DNA of 64,000 nt. It comes from Alphaproteobacteria bacterium. Lineage in GTDB: Bacteria > Pseudomonadota > Alphaproteobacteria > Bin95. How positions within the stretch are numbered: the stretch's first letter is position 1; every line of letters begins with the position of its first letter. A program made the position numbers and the translations under genes. Below the pieces are notes generated by a model that saw only the letters and a list, made by a program, of their open reading frames with translations, had not been told where the DNA came from and made no database searches. Positions 42,183-49,547 of the stretch are shown piece by piece. Location: contig OZ244041.1 of assembly GCA_965215305.1 (NCBI GenBank), forward strand, positions 2,376,653 through 2,440,652, written 5' to 3'.

Positions 42183-42502
42183 TTCCGGCGGCGGCGTCTC
42201 CCGAAACAGGCGGCGCTTCTGCGGCGGCTTCCGCAGCGGCCGGCGCTTCCGGCGGCGGCGTCTCCCGAAACAGGCGACGCCTCGACGGCGGCTTCTGCGG
42301 CGGCCGCCACTTCCGGCGGCGGCGTCTCCCGAAACAGGCGGCGCTTCTGCGGCGGCTTCTGCGGCGGCCGCCACTTCCGGCGGCGGCGCCTCCCGAAACA
42401 GGCGGCGCTTCTGCGGCGGCTTCCGCAGCGGCCGGCGCTTCCGGCGGCGGCGTCTCCCGAAACAGGCGGCGCTTCTGCGGCGGCTTCCGCAGCGGCCGGC
42501 GC
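42183..42502 (+). repeat. 5 tandem copies of a 64-bp unit
   Basis: Units start at 42183, 42247, 42311, 42375, 42439; two subtypes in order A-B-B-A-A; the period is not a multiple of 3. Confidence 0.9.
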
Positions 42503-42519
42503 CTCTCGACACACACCAA

Positions 42520-42611
42520 GCACACGGAGCACACGGAGCACACGGAGCACACGGAGAATGTCATCCGGAAGCACACCGGGCACACGGCGAAGCACACGGC
42601 GAAGCACACCG
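42520..42611 (+). repeat. array of 8 same-strand GCACAC[GC]G octamers (9-nt then 12-nt micro-tandems)
   Basis: Copies start at 42520, 42529, 42538, 42547, 42571, 42580, 42592, 42604. Confidence 0.85.
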
Positions 42612-42828
42612 GCTTCGTTCCCGCGAGGCGCTGCGCAAGGCGCGGATGCGGCACGGTGTGCTTCGGGGCGCCATCACCGGAACGCCTTGGTGTCGCTCGG
42701 CGCCCGGCGCGCGTATCCATGCCCTGTGCATGTACATGCCCTGTCCATGCACAGACCGCACCCCCGGACTATCCCCTCTGTCAGGCACAAGACCCGCAGT
42801 CGATCCCCGGGAGCACCGTGAAATCCCG

Positions 42829-43245
42829 AATCCGCCAATCCAGAACGCACTCCCCGCAACGCCCTGCAAGCGACGCAGCGACGCAAAGCGCGCACCAGCG
42901 CCGCCAATCGCCCTGTAGCACGAGAATCCGGCAGCATGGCGGCGCCTCATCCGCCCGCGTCACCCATGGCCGACAGTCGGGTTTCGTTCGGCACGCCGGC
43001 CCGCGCACGCACGACACATGCGCGCCGCATGAGCACACCGGCCGCGCGCGCCGCGTGTTTTTCGGCAACATCGGAGCACCCCGCATCAATGCTGTATCAA
43101 TGTGGAGGCCGCGTCCCGGGAATCCATCCTTCCCGATCGCCGGGGACGCCGCAAGATGCCCAATCCGCGAACTCGAGGCGGAATCCCCGCAAGCGTTTGC
43201 AAACGAGGCAGCGACGCAGGGCGCCCGCCAGTGCCGCCAGCCTCC
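42829..43245 (+). repeat. two dispersed ~84-bp modules (42829-42912 and 43162-43245)
   Basis: Ungapped hand alignment gives 60 of 84 identical positions (core CCCCGCAA..TGCAA.CGA.GCAGCGACGCA..GCGC). Confidence 0.6.
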
Positions 43246-43642
43246 TTTTCTCCTCAAGAAACGGCAATCCGCTCTCATCCGACACCCGCGCGGACGACCA
43301 TACGTTTCCCGCCCGATTTTGGAGCACCCCATCCATGCCGTGTCCAGACACACGCAGCACCCCGTGGAGCACCGCGCGAATCCACGGCCGCTCCACGACG
43401 AACCCCGAAAAATCCCCAATCTGCAAGTGCCAGGCTGAGTTCCCCGCAGTCAAAGTGATGCACGGGGTCTTGCGCCGGCTCCATAAATCCCCTACAGTAC
43501 AATCACTTGCGAGGAAGCAAGCGCTTCGGCCCCCAGGGTCACCTACGGAGCCAAATTCGTCCCTGGTTGGCACACCTGTAAATCCGTGATAGGATGAGTA
43601 CGGAGGAGGGAGCCGGCATCCATGGGGCCGGGTTCGCTCCTC

Positions 43643-43667
43643 TTTTCGCGCCGGCGCGAAAAAAAAG
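43643..43667. terminator. perfect palindrome flanked by T and A runs (bidirectional terminator-like)
   Basis: TTTTCGCGCCGGCGCGAAAAAAAA. Confidence 0.45.
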
Positions 43668-43936
43668 ACCCCGGAGAAACAGGAGGGAGAGGTATGTCAT
43701 GCATTTGCCTTGCGCGCGCGGGCGCAATCAGGTGCGCGAACCGCGCCGGCGCTACCATGCGCCCGCGCGCGAACCGCGCGCGATACAGGGTCCCGACGCA
43801 GGGACCGACCGGGTCGGGAAGAACGGAACGGAACATGATATTTCATGAGGTCCCGGGATCGGCCTGTTGAACGGGGCCATGCCCGCGCGGTGTTGCCGGA
43901 GAACCGTGAAGCCGGAAGAGCGGAGAGGAAGAGGCT

Positions 43937-45292
43937 GTGAGCGGAAGGAAGTTCTGGGTCCGGAACGCGGATGTCGTCGTCACCATGGACGGGGAGCGCA
44001 GCGAGCCTGCCCATGCGGACATTCTCGTCGAGGGCGGATGCATCCGGAGCGTGGGCTCGGGCGGCCCTGATGACCCGGCGGGATGGGAGATCATCGACGC
44101 CGCCGGCTGCGTGGTGACGCCGGCCCTCGTCAACACCCACCACCACCTCTACCAGACGCTGACCCGGGCCGTGCCGGCCGGCCAGGACGCGCTGCTGTTC
44201 GGCTGGCTGAAGGCGCTCTACCCGATCTGGGCGCGGATGCGGCCGGAGGACATGCTGGTGTCCGCGCAACTGGGTTTGGCGGAGCTCGCGCTTTCCGGCT
44301 GCGGGACGAGTTCCGACCACCTGTACATCTTCCCCGACGGTGTGCGTCTCGAGGACACGATCGAGGCCGCTGCCAGCGTCGGACTGCGCTTCCATGCGAC
44401 TCGCGGCGCGATGAGCGTCGGCGAAAGCGCCGGCGGCCTGCCGCCCGACAGCCTCGTCGAGCGCGAGGCCGACATTCTGGAGGACTGCATCCGGGTCATC
44501 GACACCTTCCACGACCCCGCCGAGAACGCGATGGTGCGCGTCGCCATCGCGCCCTGCTCGCCCTTCTCGGTCTCGCGCGACCTCATGCGCGACGCCGCCC
44601 TGCTCGCCGCCGACAAGGGTGTGCGCCTGCACACGCATCTCGCCGAGAACGCCGAGGATGTCGCCTTCTCGCTGGAAGCGTTCGGATGCCGGCCGGGGGT
44701 CTATGCTGAAGAGCTCGGCTGGGTCGGGGACCATGTGTGGCATGCGCATTGCACAGCGCTGGATGCGGCGGAAATCGCTCTCTTCGCGCAGACAGGAACG
44801 GGTGTGGCGCATTGCCCGTCTTCGAATTGCCGGCTCGGGTCAGGTATCGCGCCGATCCGCGCCATGCTCGACGCAGGCCTGCCTTTGGGCCTCGGCGTGG
44901 ACGGCTCGGCCAGCAACGACTCGGGGAGCCTGTTGCCCGAAGCCAGGCAGGCCCTTCTGCTCCAGCGGGTGCGGAACGGGGCGGACGCCATGAGCGCGCG
45001 GGAGGCGCTCGAGATGGCGACGCTCGGCGGGGCGGCGGTTCTCGGGCGCGCGGGCGAACTCGGCTCGCTTGAAGCGGGCAAGCGGGCCGACCTCGCCATC
45101 TGGGATATAACGGGACTCGCGGCCGCCGGCGCCTGGGATCCTGTAGCCGCGCTCGTTCTGTGCGGTCCGTTCCCCGTGCGCGACCTGTTGGTCGAAGGCC
45201 GCCCGGTGGTGCGGGACGGCGCGTTGACGAGAGTCGACGGCGGCGCCATCGCCGAAGCCGCCCGTCGCCGCGCCGCTCGCCTTTCAACATGA
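43937..45292 (+). CDS. amidohydrolase, 8-oxoguanine deaminase-like
   Basis: GTG start; metal-binding PALVNTHHHLYQTL, HLAEN, WHAHC, GLGVDGSASND motifs of the guanine/8-oxoguanine deaminase group. Confidence 0.8.
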   Translation: MSGRKFWVRNADVVVTMDGERSEPAHADILVEGGCIRSVGSGGPDDPAGWEIIDAAGCVVTPALVNTHHHLYQTLTRAVPAGQDALLFGWLKALYPIWARMRPEDMLVSAQLGLAELALSGCGTSSDHLYIFPDGVRLEDTIEAAASVGLRFHATRGAMSVGESAGGLPPDSLVEREADILEDCIRVIDTFHDPAENAMVRVAIAPCSPFSVSRDLMRDAALLAADKGVRLHTHLAENAEDVAFSLEAFGCRPGVYAEELGWVGDHVWHAHCTALDAAEIALFAQTGTGVAHCPSSNCRLGSGIAPIRAMLDAGLPLGLGVDGSASNDSGSLLPEARQALLLQRVRNGADAMSAREALEMATLGGAAVLGRAGELGSLEAGKRADLAIWDITGLAAAGAWDPVAALVLCGPFPVRDLLVEGRPVVRDGALTRVDGGAIAEAARRRAARLST

Positions 45293-45372
45293 GCGCGACG
45301 GGGGCCGTGACCTTCGCAAGAAATTCGGGCTAGGATAAGATGCGCTGATACACTCGGCGGGAGGCAGGCCGT

Positions 45373-46329
45373 TTGCCTATCACGCTGCGCCAGTTGCGCT
45401 ATTTTCAGGCTTTGGTCGAGCATGGCTCTTTCAGCCGCGCTGCCGAGAGCGTGTTTGTGTCACAGCCTGCGCTTTCGCTCCAGATTCGCGATCTGGAGGC
45501 GATGCTCGGCGGGCGGCTGGTGGAACGGGAGAGTCGGGGCGTCCATCTCACTCGGCTGGGCCGGGAGGCGCATGAGCAGGCTCTCCGGATTCTGGATGAG
45601 ACGAACTTCCTGGAACTCCTGGGAAGGCAATTCGATGACGGCCGGGCGCCGGTCGCTCTCGGCGTCATTTCAACGCTGGCGCCCTATCTGCTGCCGGGCC
45701 TTCTGGAGCGTTTGCAGGAAACGACGCCCCGGATTGAACCCGGCATCGTCGAGGCGACCGGCGACCAGCTGGTATCGGACCTCCAGTCCGGCCGTCTCGA
45801 CGCGGCGATCCTGTCCCTGCCGCTCGGCATGCTCGAATTCCCCGAACGGGAGTTGTTCGAGGACCGGTTCCTGGTTGCGGGACGCGCCGGGCCGTTGGAC
45901 GCCGTCCGGTCTCATGCCGAAATCCCGCGTCCCGAAGATCTGGCGCGGGCCGATGTCGGCCCGCTGCTGACCCTGACAGCCGGGCATTGCCTTGCCGATC
46001 AGGTATTGGGCGCCTGCTCGATGTGGCGCCAGCAGGATGTCCATCGCGGCTCCGCATCGCTGTCGACACTGTCGCGGCTGGTCGCCGGCGGGGAGGGCAT
46101 TACGCTGCTGCCCGAATCCGCTGCCGCCTGCGAAAGCGCCTTGTCTGCCGACCTCCGCTTCATGCGTTTCGCTCCGCCCGAGCCCTCCCGGCGAATCGGG
46201 CTGATCTATCGCTTGGCCGCTGACGGCCAGCGCTGGATCGACCCGCTGGCCGAAGCGGTGGCGGATACCGGCCGGGACCTGACGGCCCGCGCCCGCGAAC
46301 TGGTCGCTGCAAGGCCCTCCGCTTCCTGA
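45373..46329 (+). CDS. LysR-family transcriptional regulator
   Basis: TTG start; LRQLRYFQALVEHGSFSRAAESVFVSQPALSLQIRDLE HTH. Confidence 0.85.
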   Translation: MPITLRQLRYFQALVEHGSFSRAAESVFVSQPALSLQIRDLEAMLGGRLVERESRGVHLTRLGREAHEQALRILDETNFLELLGRQFDDGRAPVALGVISTLAPYLLPGLLERLQETTPRIEPGIVEATGDQLVSDLQSGRLDAAILSLPLGMLEFPERELFEDRFLVAGRAGPLDAVRSHAEIPRPEDLARADVGPLLTLTAGHCLADQVLGACSMWRQQDVHRGSASLSTLSRLVAGGEGITLLPESAAACESALSADLRFMRFAPPEPSRRIGLIYRLAADGQRWIDPLAEAVADTGRDLTARARELVAARPSAS

Positions 46330-46353
46330 GCCGTCCGGCGGCAGTTCTGGAGA

Positions 46354-47751
46354 TCAGCCTCCGCCTGCCGCCGGCGATGCGGTAACGGCTACTGCCGTAT
46401 CGCGCCAGGGTCGCGCGAGCAGGGCAGGGGAAAGCACAAGCAGGTCCGCCGCCATCGCGGCCAAGCCGGGATAAGGCCCCGCCACGATGCCGGTGATCTT
46501 GTCGCGGAGTTCGGCGTCCGTGAACGGCCGGTCCGGCCCGCCGCGCGCGCTGAGGCATGTCCGCTCGATCCGCGCGCCGTCCGTGAGTTCCCAGGTGACG
46601 CGGGCGGGCCGGTCGTTCGGCCAGTCCGGCTCCGGTTCGAAGGCGCCGATCGAGACGCGCTCGCGCAAGCCGGCAATCGCGGGGTCGGCAAGCGTCGAGC
46701 TATGGAATGCGTCCGCACCGGCATGACCGTGGGCGGCCACCGTTGCCAGCACATGCTGCATCGAGAATTTCGCTGCGAGCGTCGTCGCCGGATGGACATT
46801 GTCGAGCTTCCGGCCGCGCCAATGCGTATCGACGCGGACCGCCCGGATTTCCGCCGGGTCGATGGGCCGGCCGAGGGCCGCGGCGATCTCCAGCGACGCC
46901 TCCACGGCGGCATGGGCATACTGGCAGCAGGCATGCAGCTTGTGGTAGCCGTCGGCCGCCGCCCAGGAGCGCCCGAGGCCCTCTGTCAGCGCCTCCGGGC
47001 GCGCGGCGCCGCCGAACACGCCCGCGAACACATCGTGCAGGCCACCCGGCGAACCGGTGATGCCGATCTCCGCCCAATCGACCGCGCGCAGGCCCGCCGC
47101 AGCCCCGAGGCCGGGCCAGACATTGCGGACCAGCGCGCCCTCGACCGCATGGCCGAACGGCCCCGGCGAGACCATGGTCGCCGCCGAAGCGAGGGCCGCG
47201 GCCCTCAGATCGGCAGGATGCCGGCGAAGCGCCACCGCGCTTGCGGCTGCGCCTATGGCGGCGAGGCTGCCATGCGGATGCAGCGCCAGCTCCGCATAGT
47301 CGAACGCCCGCGCGATGCGGGACACGGTTTCGTAGCCGACGGCAAACGCCAGCAGCATGTCTTCGAGCACCGCGCCGGACGCCTCGCCCTCGGCCAGCAG
47401 CGCCGGCAGGCAATAAATGCCGGCATGGCACACCGCCCGTCGATAGCCGCTATCGAGTTCGCACCAGTCGGCTGCGCTGCCATTGGCCAGTGCGGCGGAG
47501 TAGCGGTCGAGGCGGCGGCCGGAGCCGTCGAACAGGCTGGCCTCCGCCGGCCCGGACGCGCGGGCGAGGCCATCCGCCAACGCTGCGAGCTCCGGTTCCT
47601 CCCGCGCTGCGACGATAGCAGCGAGGTCGTCGGCGAAGATCGCCGCGAGGCGCCGGCGCACGGCATCGGGCACATCGCGCCATTCCAGCGCGGCGGACCA
47701 CCTTGCCAGCGCTGCCAGCCCATCGACGGTTTCGCGGGCGCCGTCCGTCAT
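46354..47751 (-). CDS. MmgE/PrpD-family protein
   Basis: LARWSAALEWRDVPDAVRRRLAAIFADDLAAIVAA..., HGSLAAIGAAASA, KLHACCQYAHAAVEA patterns; start MTDGARE overlaps hyuB stop (ATGA). Confidence 0.85.
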   Translation of the reverse strand: MTDGARETVDGLAALARWSAALEWRDVPDAVRRRLAAIFADDLAAIVAAREEPELAALADGLARASGPAEASLFDGSGRRLDRYSAALANGSAADWCELDSGYRRAVCHAGIYCLPALLAEGEASGAVLEDMLLAFAVGYETVSRIARAFDYAELALHPHGSLAAIGAAASAVALRRHPADLRAAALASAATMVSPGPFGHAVEGALVRNVWPGLGAAAGLRAVDWAEIGITGSPGGLHDVFAGVFGGAARPEALTEGLGRSWAAADGYHKLHACCQYAHAAVEASLEIAAALGRPIDPAEIRAVRVDTHWRGRKLDNVHPATTLAAKFSMQHVLATVAAHGHAGADAFHSSTLADPAIAGLRERVSIGAFEPEPDWPNDRPARVTWELTDGARIERTCLSARGGPDRPFTDAELRDKITGIVAGPYPGLAAMAADLLVLSPALLARPWRDTAVAVTASPAAGGG

Positions 47752-49547
47752 GGGGCGGCGTCCGCGCGGTCCTCGTCGGCGTCGTAGAAGCGCCTGCGAT
47801 GGAACATGGCGGCGGGCCTCGGCATGGCGGCGCGACGGGCCAGCGTGGCGTCGAGATCCACCGCATCGCCGGCAAGGACGACGCCGTAATCGCGCGCGGC
47901 CGCTTCTTCGGACACGAAACCGTCCAGCACATCCGACAGTACGTCCTCCGCCGGCCGGTCGGCAGGATGGCCCCAGCCCCCGCCGCCGGGCGTGATAATC
48001 CGGACGAGATCGCCCTTCGCCAGGCAAATGCCGTCGCCCATGGTCGGCAGGTCGCGCGGCTCCGGTCCGTCGGGATTGACGATAACCCGGCCCGGCGCGC
48101 CCGCCAGGCCGCCATTGACCCCGAAAGCGGGCTGACGGCAATTGTCGAGCCGGATGCCGAAATGAGCCTCGTCCGACAGCACGCGGACATCGCGGACGAT
48201 GCCGCAGCCGCCGCGCCAGCGCCCGGCGCCGCCGCTGTCCAGGTGGATGCCGAAGGCCTCGATTTCGACGCCGAATTCCAATTCGGCGAATTCGATGGGG
48301 TAGTTTTCCTGGGCGACGTAATACACCGCGTCGATGCCATCGGCGAAGGTCCGGGCGCCGAAGCCGACCGACAGGCCCTCGATGCAGAGCGGCTCCGTTC
48401 CGTCGGCGTTTCTGCCGCGCAGATAGTAGAGCACATAGACCGAAGGCGCCGCCGAGGCCTGCCCGCCGGTGGCCCGCGCAAGCGCCCCGAACAGCGCGCT
48501 GGTAACGCGGATCATGGTGTGCGAGCGCAGGCCCAGCGGGGCGGGAAAGCGCGGCGCAACCAGAGTGCCGGGCCTCGTGACGACGCGCTCAACCGCACGC
48601 TCGAAGCCGCCGTTCATGCCGATGCCGGGCCGGTCCATGCACATCCAGAGACCCAGCATGAATTTCGGCACCGACTCGTCCATAAGGAAGTTGATCGGCC
48701 CATCCGCCTGTCGGTCCGAGGCCGAGAAATCCATCTCCAGCGTCCCGTCCCGTTTTCGCAGCGCCAGGTCCACAAAATAGGACCGGTCCGTTACCGCGTC
48801 GGAGTCGATCCGGTCGCGGAAAGAGAATTCGCCGTCCGGAATGCGCGCGGCGATCTCCGCGCGGAGCGCACCCTCGCTCTCCGCCAGCATCGCCTCGAAG
48901 GCGGCTTCGACCGCCTCGATGCCGTGGCGCGCGACTGTTTCGGTCAGGCGGCCTGCGCCCAGGCGGCAGGCGGCCATGATGGCCCGGAGGTCGCCGCGCA
49001 GCATGTCCGGGAAGCGCGAATTGCGCATGAAAATGCGCACGACCTCCTTGTTCTCGACGCCTTCGCGCATCACGCGAACCGGAGGGATCATGACGCCCTC
49101 CTGGAAGACGGACACCGCATGCGGGCTGATGGAGCCGGGAACGGAGCCGCCTATGTCCCAGAGATGGCCCCAGGCCTCGGCGAAGGCGAACAGATGGCCT
49201 TCGTGGAAGACGGGCATGACGAACACCATGTCCGGCAGATGGCTGACGGCGCCGCCCGTTCCGTAAGCGTCGTTGTACCAGTAGAGGTCGCCGGGCTTCA
49301 TGGTGTGGGCCGGGTATTCCTCCAGGATCGCATCGACAAGATTACCAGCGAGCGTAAGCGAGGTGGAGACCACGAGCTCGCCGTCGCGATTCAGGAAAGC
49401 GGTGAAGAAATCCTTCTTTTCGCGGATGAAGGGTGACATCGCAGCGCGCGCGATCAGCGCCTCCATCTCCGAGCGGGCCGCGTTGAGTGCGCCCTTGATG
49501 AGTTCCAGCGTGAAACGGTTGGGTGTCAGACGGACGTCGGACATCAC
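47748..49547 (-). CDS. hydantoinase B / oxoprolinase family protein (pair 1)
   Basis: TLELIKGALNAARSEMEALIARAAMSPFIREKKDFFTAFL.. N-terminus typical of HyuB; 599 aa. Confidence 0.9.
   Translation of the reverse strand: MMSDVRLTPNRFTLELIKGALNAARSEMEALIARAAMSPFIREKKDFFTAFLNRDGELVVSTSLTLAGNLVDAILEEYPAHTMKPGDLYWYNDAYGTGGAVSHLPDMVFVMPVFHEGHLFAFAEAWGHLWDIGGSVPGSISPHAVSVFQEGVMIPPVRVMREGVENKEVVRIFMRNSRFPDMLRGDLRAIMAACRLGAGRLTETVARHGIEAVEAAFEAMLAESEGALRAEIAARIPDGEFSFRDRIDSDAVTDRSYFVDLALRKRDGTLEMDFSASDRQADGPINFLMDESVPKFMLGLWMCMDRPGIGMNGGFERAVERVVTRPGTLVAPRFPAPLGLRSHTMIRVTSALFGALARATGGQASAAPSVYVLYYLRGRNADGTEPLCIEGLSVGFGARTFADGIDAVYYVAQENYPIEFAELEFGVEIEAFGIHLDSGGAGRWRGGCGIVRDVRVLSDEAHFGIRLDNCRQPAFGVNGGLAGAPGRVIVNPDGPEPRDLPTMGDGICLAKGDLVRIITPGGGGWGHPADRPAEDVLSDVLDGFVSEEAAARDYGVVLAGDAVDLDATLARRAAMPRPAAMFHRRRFYDADEDRADAAP

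Larger units (their letters stand above)
32450..43900. mobile_element. decayed mosaic integrative island / ICE remnant (approximate limits)
   Basis: Integrase remnant at the left end, IS21 remnant, ICE-type DUF2493 and ssb genes, visibly lower GC across ~33.5-37.4 kb, multiple truncated genes; flanked by core genes. Confidence 0.55.

Noticed and set aside
42021-42611. Possible CRISPR array, given the regular short repeats
   Set aside because: The repeats are 7-9 nt or 64 nt with no unique spacers of CRISPR size between them. The 64-bp units are contiguous, and no cas genes are present.
32479-43581. Candidate att direct repeat: ACACCTGTAA at 32479-32488 and 43572-43581, with loose similarity for ~20 nt after
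   Set aside because: There are only 10 exact nucleotides, no tRNA context, and I searched by eye across several hundred bp at each end. That is insufficient to call attL/attR without a comparison to an empty site.
41571-43589. Several 200-416-aa ORFs in all six frames across the repeat block (e.g. 41571..42821+, 42004..42918+, 41820..42512-, 42656..43438+)
   Set aside because: Their repeated RRRLPKQAALLRR-like peptides arise from the 64-bp tandem unit being read in shifting frames, since 64 is not a multiple of 3. No start context, composition or motif supports coding.
43694-43870. 58-aa ORF (MSCICLARAGAIRCANR...) preceded by AGGAGGGAGAGG
   Set aside because: Its Arg/Ala-rich composition resembles the surrounding non-coding GC-rich DNA and it has no recognisable domain. 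It may be real, but the sequence alone gives no support.
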